This document shows, one piece after another, positions 1-12,814 of a stretch of 64,000 nucleotides of DNA. This DNA comes from Paraspadella gotoi (Eukaryota > Animalia > Chaetognatha). Position numbers and translations under genes: made by a program. Each line of letters opens with the position of its first letter. Position 1 is the stretch's first letter. The stretch lies in assembly GCA_051294375.1 (NCBI GenBank), contig CM119271.1, positions 16,889,799-16,953,798 on the forward strand, given 5' to 3'. Under the pieces are notes generated by a model. It was not told where the DNA came from and made no database searches. It worked only from the letters and a program-made list of their open reading frames with translations.

Positions 1-178
1 GAGAAACTTTTAAAAAATCAAATAAATGTGTCTTTTGGTCTTTTTTGCATAATTTATCATATTTGAAGTTCTGATATGATAATAATGATTTACCGACAAG
101 ATTTTGGGTGCGACCGACGGACCGACAAAGTAAATTAATAGAGTTGGAATCTGCTGATAAGCAGATCCGACTAAAAAC
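1..178 (-). mobile_element. Helentron-associated (DINE-1/HINE-like) non-autonomous element, 5' part
   Basis: Reverse-complement match to 2151-2280 (TTTTTAGTCGGATCTG...GTCGGTCCGTC...ATAAATTATGCAAAAAA); bases 1-40 also match 29280-29320. Confidence 0.55.
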
Positions 179-565
179 TTCCCGATGTATGTACATGTAC
201 AATGTCTTTTGTACTTTATTATTATTGATTGATGTGTCTACGACACGACGACAAAGATAATGAAAATTACGACGACGACGACGAGGACACGAAGACGACG
301 ACGACAACGACGACGACAACGACGACAAGATTCATGAATCAGATTAAACTAAGTTTATTTTTTTAAAAACTAACAGACACGTCGTTACCTCATCTCAATT
401 TCATGGTTACGGTGCATCAGGAAAATTGTTTAAAAAAAAACAATAATTGTAAAATATAGTAGCGCTTGTAGTTATTGTGAGAACGCAAGGGCGAATTGTG
501 AGTTATTGTTTGTAAAATAGAAAAATAAAAATAAAAGCAAACTCGTGCGAGGCCAAAGACCCTGG

Positions 566-637
<72 letters not shown>

Positions 638-719
638 GCTAAAATTGGACCACAAAATGCCCTGCCAGGCCAAAAAAGAAAGTTAAGCCGCCTCAAATAA
701 AAAATGCAGAGAAACTTAC

Positions 720-1434
720 CATAGTGCCGAATCTACTTCCGCCGTTTCTGGCCGCCGCCGCAGCCGCAGCCGCCACCGCCGCGGCAGAGACGGCGCCGTT
801 TCCTCCGCCGCCTCCGTTTTTCATAAACTCGGCGTCGACCACGTGATCGTGAAGTAGCGCCGCTTCGCTGGATGTCGGCGTTCCTTGCGGCGACACGGCC
901 AATGACGGGGTTGCCGAAGGCAGAAACTGATGATGACTCTTGCTGCCGAGAATTTGCTGATGTTGCTGTTGCTGCTGAGACGCTAGCGCCGCAGCTAGCG
1001 GCGTCCCGCGTCCGAGAGTCAGCGGAATAGCGTCTCCGTAGATCTGATGGTGAGGCGGTGGCGGCGCCTTGAGAATGGCGCCGTCAGCGCCGGTCGGGCC
1101 GATGGAATGCAAGATGTGATGAGGATGATGATGAAGAGGAAGATGATGCCGGGGAGAGTTGCCGAGAACGCCGCCGGACGCCGGACCACCACCGACGCCG
1201 CCAACGACGCCGCCGACCGGACGACGGCGCCGGCAGAGGCAGAGGCCGCGGCGTTGGAGAAGGAAAAGGGAGAGGAAGAAGAGGAGGCAGGCGACGACGA
1301 TGGTGAGCACGAGCATGAGGATCCCGGCGCCGGTTCGATTCCGGGATGAGGAGGAAGGGGAGAAGAAAACGGCGCCGTCGAGGAGAGAAGTGGCGCCGTC
1401 TTCCATCTTGGCCGGGCGATGGTCGGAAGGGGAT
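720..1434 (-). CDS. IgSF type I membrane protein: exon with juxtamembrane region, TM helix and low-complexity cytoplasmic region
   Basis: Acceptor TCCCCTTTTCTCCCAG (AG at 1436-1435), donor ATG|GTAAGT at 719. Open frame encodes TM GILMLVLTIVVACLLFFLSLFLL followed by QRRGLCLCRRRR and His/Gln/Gly/Ala-rich tail. Phase 2 start matches the upstream exon. Confidence 0.85.
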
Positions 1435-1504
1435 CTGGGAGAAAAGGGGAATGTATGTAAGTTATAAACAATTAAACAATTAAACATGTATGAATAGATA
1501 TTTT

Positions 1505-1578
1505 CTCTAACTAAGGTCGGGTAAGTCTGACTCTTAATCCTGGGGTCGTGGGTTCGAGCCCCACATTGGGTCGCGCCA
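1505..1578 (+). pseudogene. tRNA-Lys(CTT)-derived pseudogene ending in CCA
   Basis: GACTCTTAATCCTGGGGTCGTGGGTTCGAGCCCCACATTGGGTCGCGCCA closely follows the 3' half of canonical tRNA-Lys-CTT. D-arm is degenerate and the 5' acceptor strand is absent. Confidence 0.8.
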
Positions 1579-1899
1579 CTCTAACTAAGTGGTCGCGGTA
1601 AGTCTGACTGAAATCTAGGTAAGTAAAGAGGGGAAATGGTGGGAAAGGAATATATATTGTAAGCGGCAAAATCGACGGTAAAAAAAATGGTAACAGAGGA
1701 ACTGAACGGCTGAGAGGGACGGTGAGAGAGAAAGAGAGGAAAGAGTGCGAATGAAAAACCATAAACCCCGGACTCGAGCCTGATCTCCGGGAGGAGGGGG
1801 AGGAGGATGAGGAGAAATGATGAGGAAACGCTGGCATGTTGGCGAAACCTATCGGTTCTTTCTGATTTTTTATAATATTATATTTCTCAACAATCAGCA

Positions 1900-2155
1900 T
1901 TTTGATGCTAGTGCGGAGTATAATTTAGTATTCATTACAATAGAAACATTCTTGGAAATATTATAACACTTCATTGAAAGGGAAGCCAGGTTTACTGGGA
2001 GTGAATAAACAAGACTGTGAGAGAGTCTCCATTGAAAACTTGCAGGGACCTGCTAAGTCATAATCTTGTAAGAATGATGAAGGTCTTAAACCACTAAAGC
2101 GTGTCTAAAGTTAGGAGCTATCTTAGCTTATTTATTAAATGAATGAATAATTTTT
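1900..2155 (+). repeat. Dispersed ~330-bp repeat family, partial copy
   Basis: TTTTGATGCTAGTGCGGAGTA...GGGAAGCCAGGTT...CTTGCAGGGACCTGCT...AGCTTATTTATTAAATGAATG shared with 35387-35710. Confidence 0.85.
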
Positions 2156-2563
2156 AGTCGGATCTGAGACTCTATAATTCACTTTGTCGGTCCGTCAGTC
2201 CGCCCCCTCAATCTTGTCGGGCATTCACTTATATCATGTCAGAACATCGAATTACGATAAATTATGCAAAAAAAAAAGATGTCCGTCCGTCCGTGCCACC
2301 TTAGCAAAAAAACAAATTACTCGTGATTGGATGGATGGATTGGAATGAAATTTTGTGTGTGGGTAGGGAAGTGTGTGATTGAGCTCAATTAATCAATCAA
2401 AACAAACATTTCGGATCAAATTAATTGCCTAATTAATTAAATAATTAACTTGAATAAATGAATTATTAATTAATGAAATAATTAACTTGAATTAAATATT
2501 AATTAATTAGTTAATTAACGATAATGATCGTGGGCAGATCCGACATTGTTTGCTCAAACTTGT
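2151..2563 (+). mobile_element. Helentron-associated (DINE-1/HINE-like) non-autonomous element
   Basis: T-rich 5' end, subterminal inverted repeats GTCGGATCTG (~2157) and CAGATCCGAC (~2535), internal (GTCC)n, 3' end GCTCAAACTTGTT; further copies in this window. Confidence 0.6.
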
Positions 2564-2751
2564 TATATTGGTAGTACAAATTTCATAAACTTTGTTGCTC
2601 CTGGTCAGTTGTTGACACTCCGGGTCTTTTAGCAAAAGTTCTTTGAAATCTACTTTACTTTGCCATCAATTTTCATTTTTCTCTCGAGTTGTAACCGCGT
2701 CAAAGTTGCCAACAAAGTTTAATTTAAAAATAGTTGATGTCGGCGACGTCT

Positions 2752-3627
2752 CATCGCTGTTGGCTTTGTTGTCATTTGAGATGTGATGTCGTCAACAGTG
2801 TTCATGACATGTTGTTGGCATCGCTGTCAGCTTTGTTGTCATTTGAGATGTGATGTCGTAAACAGTGATCATGACATGTTGTTGGCATCGCTATCAGCTT
2901 TGTTGTCATTTGAGATGTGATGTCGTAAACAGTGTTCATGACATGTTCTTGGCATCGCTGTCAGCTTTGTTGTCATTTGAGATGTGATGTCGTAAACAGG
3001 GTTCATGACATGTCGTTGGAATCGCTGTCAGCTTTGTTGTCATTTGAGATGTGATGTCATAAACAGTGTTAATGACATGTCGTTGGAATCGCTGTCAGCT
3101 TTGTTGTCATTTGAGATGTGATGTCATAAACAGTGTTAATGACAAGTCATTGTCATCGCTGTCAGCTTTGTTGGTTTTTGAGATGTGATGCCATAAATAG
3201 TGTTCATGACATGTCGTTGGCATCGCTGTTGGCTTTGTTGTCATTTGAGATGTGACGTTGTAAACAGTATTCATGAAATGTCATTGGCATCGCTGTTGGC
3301 TTTGTTGTTATTTGAGATGTGATGTTGTAAACAGTGTTCATGACATGTCGTTGGCATTGCTGTCGGCTTTGTTGTTTTTTGAGATGTGATGTTGTAAACA
3401 GTGTTCATGACATGTCGTTGGCATAGCTGTCAGCTTTGTTGTTTTTTGAGATGTGATGTTGTAAACAGTATTCATGACATTTCATTGGCATCGCTGTTGG
3501 CTTTGTTGTTATTTGAGATGTGATGTCGTAAACAGTGTTCATGACATGTCGTTGGCATCGCTGTCAGCTTTGTTGTTTTTTAAGATGTGATGTTGTAAAC
3601 AGTGTTCTTGACATGTCGTTGGCATCT
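2752..3627. repeat. 67-bp minisatellite, ~13 copies
   Basis: Unit CATCGCTGTCAGCTTTGTTGTCATTTGAGATGTGATGTCGTAAACAGTGTTCATGACATGTCGTTGG; unit starts at 2752, 2819, 2886, 2953. Confidence 0.95.
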
Positions 3628-4014
3628 CTGGCTTAAAATTGTGGCTTTCATCAATAAATTTTAAATGACGTTTCAGCAGATTGGGGATTGAGTAGAGAGA
3701 AAGAGAGAGAGGGAGGGAGGGAAAGGGAGACGGCGAGCGAGAGAGAAAGAGAGAGAGAGAGACAATCCTTGTTTTGACGTATGAGTGAAGCGACAGAGAA
3801 ATTTCTCCAACTCATGGGAGAAATTTAAATCTAATCTATCATTACAACGCTCATTGTTGAGAAATGGGGGAGACAGTGTTTGGGGCAGGGAGAATGAGCG
3901 AATCTCAAATGTCTTGTCGAAGCAATCATAGTTTAATATCTTCAATTCTCCATCTTTTCAAATTTCCTTCAATCTTTTCTTTCTTCTTCTCTAATTTTTT
4001 TTCCTTCTTTCTTA

Positions 4015-4230
4015 TAAATTTGGTACAACCAATATAAAAATTATCCATTCATTAAATAAATAAGCTATCCTGCCACTGATTTTGTAAAGTGTATGGTGGT
4101 TTAAGGCCTCCATCACTTACAAGATGATGACGTAGCAGGTCCCTTCAATCTTTCAAGCAAAACTCTCTTCCACTCTCATATATTAACTAATAGAGTGCCC
4201 GTCTTCTCTTTTAATGATTCAACATTAATA
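4015..4230 (-). repeat. Dispersed ~330-bp repeat family, partial copy
   Basis: TGGTACAACCAATATAAAAATTATCCATTCATT...GGTTTAAGGCCTCCATCAC...AGCAGGTCCC is the reverse complement of 35580-35705. Confidence 0.85.
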
Positions 4231-4294
4231 TTTAAAATACAAAAAAATTTTCCATCTTCCCAAACTCAGCGGGCCCTTCCCTCTTCCCACTCAC

Positions 4295-4452
4295 CTTTCC
4301 TGCAGAATGACGACCTTCTCCCTGACCATTGAGAATCCCTTGACTTTGATGAGGACAGATTTGGCCAGCAGCCGCAGCTCCGGCGCCACCAGCGAAGACC
4401 GCAGCGCCACGTGCAGCTTTTTGCCGGACGCGGCAGCTCGGAGACGCCAGTC
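4295..4452 (-). CDS. IgSF membrane protein: internal exon (second half of membrane-proximal Ig-like domain)
   Basis: CAG|GAC start, AG|GTGAGT end; 158 nt, phase 0 to 2; DWRLRAAASGKKLHVALRSSLVAPELRLLAKSVLIKVKGFSMVREKVVILQE(R). Confidence 0.8.
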
Positions 4453-5051
4453 CTGGATCGAGAGAAAGAGAGAGAGATGGGTTATGCATAATTAAAATAA
4501 TTTATAATCGCTTTCTAATAATAAAACTTAGTAAAATAGTAATCCTTAAAACCGAAATAGCGCAAATAAAACATCCAACGGACAATGCTTCAATATGTAA
4601 ATAAGATTTATGTTCCTCTTCTGTATGATTAGATGATTTCGCGTTTCTTATCCATTTTGAATAGATTTTACGCGCGAACCTATTATCTGCCAACCTCACC
4701 AGGTCCGGTTTTGACCTTCTTTTCTCCGGTGCCAACTTCTCCCCTTCTTTCCAGAATCACTGTCAGCATCTTTCATTTGCAACTTGTTTAATAAAATATT
4801 TATTTATATTCTAATTAATTTTAATTGTTTTTACGCAGATGACGTGATATTATTGTAATATCCAGCGACGCTGGCAGTGTTGGAGTTTTAATCCTTTTAA
4901 TTCTGATATTTCAGTCGTTTTAAATTAATCCCGTTCTTGTTCGCTTGATTGGTGCTAAATAAATGGTGATGCTCATGGCTGCCCATATATTAATTCATTG
5001 AACAACTGATCAATTCCATATTAAGGTGAGCCATCCTACATCTGTACGTAC

Positions 5052-5197
5052 CTTATCCGGCGCGAGACGTTCTCTCCGTTTCCTATGAAAGTTAACAACG
5101 ACGCTGACGTTGTCGGAAGTGATGGGAGGATTCGAGTGAATCGTGCAGACGATGGAAATGTGATCTTCTTTCAAAGGGTCCACGCCCGCGAGGAACC
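5052..5197 (-). CDS. IgSF membrane protein: internal exon (Ig B-strand, CxIxSNPP motif)
   Basis: ACAG|GG start, AAG|GTAC end; 146 nt, phase 1 to 0; (G)FLAGVDPLKEDHISIVCTIHSNPPITSDNVSVVVNFHRKRRERLAPDK. Confidence 0.8.
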
Positions 5198-5784
5198 CTG
5201 TTTTCATTTGGGGTCAATTAGTTCACGACATTTTTCAAAAGAATCAAATTTCTGCTTAGGGATAAGAATTACAGTTAGGGATTAGGTTGGGTACTTTGTT
5301 AATGAATAGGTTTGGGATTATTGTTAAGGATTAGGAGATTAGATTAGGGGATTAGATTATAGTTGAGGATTTGGTAATTTAAAGTTAAAAATTTTAATTT
5401 TGATAAAATTTAGTTCGCAGAATATAAACCAAAATGGGGGAATTTTCGGAAATCAATGCTGATTATTATTATTTTCTTTTTAATTGTATTTTTGATCGCT
5501 GTTGTAAAATGTATTCTTTGTCACACGATTTCTAGTTTTGAATCGTTACTTTCTTCGTCCATGAGCATTTCAATGTGCAATGTGCAATGTGCAATGTGCA
5601 ACGCCCTCAGTCGTCATCGTCGTTGTTGTCGGCATCACCACGTCTTACTCTCTGTCTAGATTGTCATCCCCATCACCATCATCATCATCACCATCATCAT
5701 CACCATCATCATCATTATCACCCAAAGGTGCCTCTTCTCTCGAATCAGTCTCTTCCCCGGCGATTCTAATGATGCTTCCTTCAC

Positions 5785-5893
5785 CATCCAGTCGCCCGTC
5801 GATTCCGAGCGACGAAGAGGGAAAGTAGACTTTGTCCGACTCGCAGGTCAGTTCCGGTTCCAGGACGAGGGAAGCGACGATGTTCTTCCATAC
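5785..5893 (-). CDS. IgSF membrane protein: internal exon (G strand, linker, A strand)
   Basis: Long polypyrimidine tract + CCCAG|GTA; VWKNIVASLVLEPELTCESDKVYFPSSSLGIDGRLD(G). Phase-1 donor G|GTGAAG is weak, so the 3' boundary is uncertain. Confidence 0.7.
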
Positions 5894-6663
5894 CTGGGAA
5901 GGGGGAGAGAAGGGGGAGGAGGGAGAGAGGGAAGGAGGAGGAAGGGGAGGAGAGGGAGAAAGGGGAGGAGAAAGAAGGAGGAAGAAGGGGAAACAATTTT
6001 TGTTTAACGTTTTATTTGTTTCTTTTTATTTTTCTCTTTCAATCTCTTTTTTCAATCTCTTTTTTCAATCTCTTTTTAAATTTCAATCTTCTTATAAGTT
6101 TTTCAAATTTTTATAAATATAAATATTTTCAATTCACAAATCTTTCCTCTCTAAGAAATCTAAGTCATTCCAATTTCTTTTCTATGTAGTCTTACCTCTC
6201 TCATTGTCAATTTCTTTCTTTTCTTTTCTATTCTCTTGTCATGTTGCGCATATCTTTTTCAAAGTCTTTCTTAACTCTTTCCTCTTTCCATTTTCTTTCC
6301 AATCTCTTTCCATCTCTTTCCATTCTCTTTCCAATCTTTTTCTTCAAACTCGTCCATTTTTACTTCGAAGAGAAAACGATTTCGCGCGAAGCTCCTTCTT
6401 TGCCAGGTCTCCTCGTTTTTTAATTTTAACTGATTGGTTTCTCAGGTGATGAGAGAGAAAAGAAAACAGAGAGCGAGAGATGGAGNNNNNNNNNNNNNNN
6501 NNNNNNNNNNNNNNNNNNNNNNNNNNNNNNNNNNNNNNNNNNNNNNNNNNNNNNNNNNNNNNNNNNNNNNNNNNNNNNNNNNNNNNNNNNNNNNNNNNNN
6601 NNNNNNNNNNNNNNNNNNNNNNNNNNNNNNNNNNNNNNNNNNNNNNNNNNNNNNNNNNNNNNN

Positions 6664-6696
<33 letters not shown>

Positions 6697-6698
<2 letters not shown>

Positions 6699-6792
6699 AA
6701 GGAAAGAAGGAGAAAAGTAAGAGTCAAGAGTTGGAGTGAACTCTCTCAAAGAAATAAGACGTGAAAGAAAGATGAGCTGGAAAAAAACACAG

Positions 6793-6833
<41 letters not shown>

Positions 6834-7032
6834 CTCTATCTCTCTCTCTCTCTCTCGCTCTCCTCGACTCTCTCTCTCTCTCTCTCTTCTCTCTCTTCTC
6901 TCTCTCTTCTCTCCTCTCTCTTCTCTCTCCTCTCTTCTGGTGTTTTTTTTCCAGCTCATCTTTCTTTCACGTCTTTATTCTTTGGAAGGAGAGTTCACTC
7001 AACTCTGACTCTTGACTTTTCTCCTTCTTTGC
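6697..7032. repeat. Local fold-back (inverted repeat) centred on a (GA)n-to-(TC)n switch
   Basis: 6697-6790 (GAAGGAGAAAAGT...GAGCTGGAAAAAAACAC) is the reverse complement of 6940-7032. Confidence 0.85.
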
Positions 7033-7099
7033 CATATATTTTCAATTCTTCCTTCCTCTCCGTGCATTTGCTTCTTCTGTCTGACTAATTCTCACTGTT

Positions 7100-10000
7100 T
7101 GAAAGCTGCTCTATAGCTCTTGTCTCATCTACACTTGGCTACTCTGCTTCTCTGTTCTACGTTTCTTCCCTTCTCTCCTTCTCTCCTCCATTCATCCTGC
7201 TCCGCTCTCTGTGGTTTTCTTGAGTGTGCGATTATCCTTCCCCTTTCTGATTCGTGCTCGTCACCTTGTGCAATCAGAAGAAAAAGACGCGAAAAGCCGA
7301 AAGACAAACAAAATTCGAGAGACCATAATTAAATATATATATTAGGAATAATAATCGAGAATCCAGGTCTCGTCGCCGTGGTCAAATTTCGAAGGAGCTG
7401 CTAAGCTCGCTGAGTCATTGGATAAAATCTAGTATTTTTCTCTTTCGATAGTTAAATATATATTAAACAGTAAAATATGTAGTAATATAATATAAATAGT
7501 CACAAGTTCCAGTTCACATAACCGGCTAAATGCATGAATACAGGAAAAAGTATATTAGGCTGGATTACAATAATAAATTTACAGTAATTGTGGAGTTATA
7601 CATTTCGATCGTTGTATAATTTGTGCTAATACGTTATTGTACGGTGTGTAACTACGTTATGGCATATATTACTATTACAATCTTTTGTCTTTTCTTTACT
7701 CTCTATTCGATATAACTCATTGTCTCTAACGCTATGACATCTATTCTGCGTGGTATATATACATGTTATTTCATCGTTTTTGCACTATATTTATCTTCCA
7801 TTTGTAAGTACTCGAGGGAACACATATATCGCATCTTACCATACAGACCATAATTGTAGAACTGCGACAAGTGTATCCAATAGGAGATAAGAGAAGATCA
7901 CTCATCTCTCTGCGTCTCTTTCTCTCTCTTCAATGCGTCTCATCACATGCATACATACAATAATTTGGGCTGGCATACTCTTCTACTGGCATTCTCTACG
8001 GTGGCGTACGGTGTACATACTCTCTGCTCGTGTATATTGAAGAGATATTACTGTCTAATATATTTATATATGTTAGATAATAACTCAGATAGAAACTTCA
8101 CTAGAGGTAACAACAGCGCACTCTGAAGTTTACGACAGGAAGTAGTGGAGAGAGGAAAAGATGGATATAACATAAGTAAGATGTGTGATAAGCAGGAGAT
8201 ACTCGTACTCGCAATGACCACATAAATTAAAATGACGGTCGCGTTTTGTCGTCGTCCGTTTATAATGCATCCTCTTTCCTCTCACTTGTACCAATCGATC
8301 ATACCAAGTACACGTGTATAATTACCGATGTGTCGCTGTAATCATTCCACACATATTGTACGTGTACCCTCCTACTGACCAGGCCCCATTCATTTCTTAC
8401 TATGACCACCCTATCTCCCCCGACAGAATATGGCTGAGCATGGCGAAAGAAAAAATGGGAACGTCTAGTCGTCGTGCGAAACTTGACGACTTCGTTACGT
8501 CCTTATGAGAACTCTGTCGAATCGAGACCTGGACTTACCTTAAGCGTCCTGGAGAAGCTAGCAAAAGTGTACCTTGAGCTCTTAATACGTTGTTTCCCTT
8601 TGCAAATATCTCCTTGTCGTTGTGGCTACAGAGTATATAATCCTGCGCGCAGGTTGCACGACTGACGGCGATAGGTGAAGGCTCCAAATGATCTTGGCAT
8701 GGTGAGATAGATTACAAGAAGCCATCATTCGAATCGACCAGGCGATAATAAACGGGCGAAACAGTGCGTTTAGCTCTTGGATATTTCGATTTAAGTATTT
8801 AGGAGAATAGCATTTCTCGCTTTCATCTAATAAATAATAAACACATATATGTTGAAAACAATAAAATACAAAGAACACCCGTTGATGCGATTGATAATTT
8901 ATTTAATATTACGCATATTTGGGTGATTATAACCTTGCAATGTGCTCTGCCTCTTCGATCGGTTTTGCCTGTACTTAGTGGAGCTAAATTGATTACGTAA
9001 GCTCCTGGTATTTCATCATTACACGCATTCTTACTCTTTTTATCTCACGTGCTTTCTAGCTCGTCGAGTCATTGTTCAATACTTTAGTCTATAACTCCTT
9101 ACTTCTTTCTTACACTTGAATGCTCTCTAGCTCATCTCTATCTGCTCTTATGTGTTGTAAAAATGCACTCTACTATCAATATGGCCCAGGCGTGCAAGAT
9201 AATTACACCTAGTACGCTCTCTATCTATATATATCGTAGCGGTCTAAATATACTATGAGAATATCTAACGAGGAGATGTTTATCTACCTCGCGGCTGGGT
9301 TATTCATTTAGATTTGAGTCTTATCGTACTCGTCCTCTACTACGTTACTATCTGTTAATTTTATAGACTCACGTTGTTAGTATTTTTATGTCTCGTCGAT
9401 ACTCGTCGCTTCGTACGATCATATACTACAGTCTATATCGGTATCATGCTCTCGGTGCGTGTCGTCGAGTTTTCGTAATTCATCGAATCAGTAGTGACTC
9501 GATGCCCGTCCCAGTGAACATTTTATCAAGTAGTATTCCAATTTTCAACATCCGTCATTCATTATACTACTCCTCTATCTCCTCCCTAAACCATCCAGCC
9601 ACAGGAAAGTCCGCCTAAACCTCACATTACATTTTATATCTACCAGCCCTTATTCATACCCTGATAAGATCAGATTGTGTTCTATTGGTTAAAAGTTTCG
9701 TAGCCTTCGTTTAGTATAGATAATGGTATTGCTTGTCATGCTAGTGTTTTTACTTCCTATCTCTATGATTGGTGCATTTATATGAGTATAATGATTCCTG
9801 AGTCTGATATTGACTCTAATATGGTAACAAAGTACCGGTGTTTGGTTGTATTGATTTTCTGCTATTTCGGTATATGGTTCAATGGTATTGTGAGGTCTGC
9901 CGTGTAATACTCTGTATGCTCAGACAGGGCGAAAGAATCTACACGTTACATCCTACGATGCCTATTCATCTCATTTTGCTAGGCCGTCCTCTTAAATCAC

Positions 10001-10723
10001 CATTTTCGAATTTTTCGCATCCATTCGAACTTATTCGTTCCATCACTTTCTTGACAACGTTTCGAGCCGTCCCGGTTCTTAAACAGTGTGTCATCGCCTG
10101 TCGTTTCCATCATTGAGTCTCTTATTGAGATCATATTAACTGTGGTATCTGACTACGTGGCTAGTACTGAGCGGAGTTTTTAGATAATATTATCTCGGTA
10201 GCCATCAAACATCCATAGAACTCTCTGAGTCCTCTTTCTTCCTTAATAGCAGATGCCGTCCTCCTTCTCTACTTACACTCCATTTCGCTTTTCCCCTACG
10301 TCGATTTTAAACGTCATCTCGCAGTCGTCAAAGTTCTCGCGATCCTCGCTCGTTCCGGTCTCGTCCCGCTCGTATACACGTGCAAGGGATATGATATATA
10401 TCTCTTAAGATATATCCCCAATCCAGTCTTCCGCGAGACGATCGCTCTTCGCTCGACGTCACTGACTGTCTCTCCGCGCTCTCGCTCATGTACCCATACT
10501 CAGACTCCCTCGTTCAGTACAGCGAGTGCGACACACAACTCTCACTTTCATAAATGCTGTGATAGGAGGCAGGCGTAGAATATGCCATCGTGGTGTGGGA
10601 CCGATAGAGTGACCCTCGTAACATATCATACTAATATGTAGAATAGGTTATGAGTTTGAATCCTATGAGTGAATGATTTTCTCTCTCCATCAAATCTGAT
10701 TGAATTCGTTAACTCTCCTCCTT
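7100..10723. other. Very noisy, probably unpolished long-read segment, partly redundant with 24200-24700
   Basis: Colinear islands of identity (AATCAGAAGAAAA, GTTCACAT..ACCGGCTAAATGCATGA, CACTCATCTCTC) embedded in scrambled sequence; ends at a 25-N gap. Confidence 0.55.
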
Positions 10724-10789
10724 NNNNNNNNNNNNNNNNNNNNNNNNNGAGAGACCTGTAAGTGGAAGAATTAAAGCTCAAGTAACGAG

Positions 10790-11160
10790 AAAGCCAGAAA
10801 AAAAGGTTTAACTTTAAGCCACCGACTCGATTGTTTATTTCCTCAAACGAAAGCAAAACTAAGAGAAAAGATACTTGTAATGATAAAGACGACATTTTAT
10901 GAATGATATTGTGACATTTTGATTTTTTGTGCCATTGTCATAAAAACAATCTTTGCATAAAAAGTCAAAAGTAGTTTTTACAATATTTATTCTGATAAAA
11001 TTATTTGTCTTTCCAGACTGTTTGACTGTCTTTATGTCTGTCTGTCTGTATCATCGTAAGAGGACTGTGATTTGACTGCCGCAGCTGAAGATCAAACTGT
11101 CTGATAAAATTTTATAGGCAATCCCTCTCTTTCTCTTTCTCTCTCTTTCTCTCTCTTTCT
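10790..11160 (+). repeat. Direct duplicate of 12240-12620
   Basis: TTAAGCCACCGACTCGAT...AAACGAAAGCAAAACTAAGAGAAAAG...TTTGACTGCCGCAGCTGAAGATCAAA occurs at both sites. Confidence 0.85.
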
Positions 11161-12768
11161 CTCTCCGCGCCGCGCACGCCACGCACTCTCACCTAAACCT
11201 CCAAGCACCCCTACTCCTATGTGACAAAACAACTCATGGCGTATTCCCTGCTTGAGATAACTTCCGTTCTGTTTAAATTAAATACTCATCTTGAACACAA
11301 AAACCAGATATAGATACACGCCCACCCACGGCACGTTTCTTCGCACGTCTTATAGATGATATTCATATCAGTAACATATTGTTTTACTCACCCACTGAAT
11401 GTCAATTTGTTGCTTTGTAGTCAGAACGGATAATTATACACAATGGTTTAATTCAAGCAAAGAGGAAAAAAAATTAAGAAAAAGAAAACTTTGCTTTGCT
11501 TTAAGAAAATAAACATCGGTAAAGAACATTTTATCATTTTTTTTTTCAAAGAAATTTTGTTTTTGTGAACCGCGTGTAGTTTCGGTCACTGCAGACGAAC
11601 TCAGTGTATGCTTCTCGCCACTGTGCAGATCGTAAACCAAACCCTCCGCGACCACCACACTCACACACGCGAATCCCACCGCACGAAAAACTTTCACTAA
11701 AAAATTCTTCACTCTACTCTCTTTTTTATACAAATCCGACCTCAACTCCACACTTACACTATCCTAATCAATAAACATACCCCCCTACTGATCGCACTTT
11801 CGCCCCAACATTTACCTCCGGCTTTCTCCTCTCTACAACTCTCATGGATGATTTTTCAATAGGGCACTTGAACGACTTATTTCTTATTCGCTCTCTCAAA
11901 ACACTCGGCGGGTCTCACTTCTGCTACCAGCTCCTCTCACACAATCATTATTTTCATAACTACAACTGCTCTCGCGACCCCATTCCCTTACAAAAATCCA
12001 TCCATCGCCACCTGTGTAGATATGGATAAAGACTATGAGCAAAGTTTGGAATTTGTCGTCAAGCGCTGTTCTGTGGAACTTTTTTTTAGCAAAAAACTTT
12101 TCGTGAGAGTGATCTGCAGCGAATGATTGAATAAATATTTGAAAATTGTTCTGGACAGATGTGGATCGGTATCAATAAGAGATTGGAGGGAAAAATTATA
12201 TCTCTTCTCTATAAGACCGTAACTGAAATGACACAGACCCCTTAAGCCACCGACTCGATGTTTATTTCTCCTAAACGAAAGCAAAACTAAGAGAAAAGTA
12301 TACTTGTAAATGATAAAGCCGACAATTTTATGGAATGATATTGTGACATATTTGGAATTTTGTCGCATTGCAAAAAAACAATCCCTTTGCATCAAACAAG
12401 TCAACAAGCCGCCTAGTTCTTTAACAATATTTTTATTCTGCCATAACATTATTTGCTCTTTCCAGACTGTTTGACTGTCTTTATGTCTGGTCGTCTGATC
12501 ATCGTAAACGAGAGACTGTGATTTGACTGCCGCAGCTGAAGATCAAAACTGTCTATACAAATTTTATAGGCACATCCCTCTCTTTCTCTTCTCTCTCTTT
12601 TCTCTCTCTTTCTCTCTTTCTCCCTCTTCTCGTCTCTCCTCTCTCTCCTCTCCTCTCTCTTCTCAACTCTTCTCTTTCTCTCTATTTCTCCTCTCTCTTC
12701 TTTCTCCTCTCTCTCTCTTTCTTCCTTCACTCCTCCCTCCCTCCCCACCCTCTCCCCCCCCCCTCTCT

Positions 12769-12814
<46 letters not shown>

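Noticed and set aside
2752-3627. CRISPR-like array
   Set aside because: Contiguous 67-bp units with no unique spacers, no cas genes, eukaryotic context.
4697-4760. Possible extra exon (ACAG|TGA...CCTG|GTGAG)
   Set aside because: The phase-0 frame starts with TGA, and the flanking exons already join in frame without it.
5575-5784. Poly-His or poly-Asp ORFs; extension of exon 5785-5893
   Set aside because: (CAT)n microsatellite; the extension hits TAA and its GTAAGA donor has the wrong phase.
8300-10620. Short ORFs in apparently unique sequence
   Set aside because: No recognisable motifs; the region looks like unpolished read noise.
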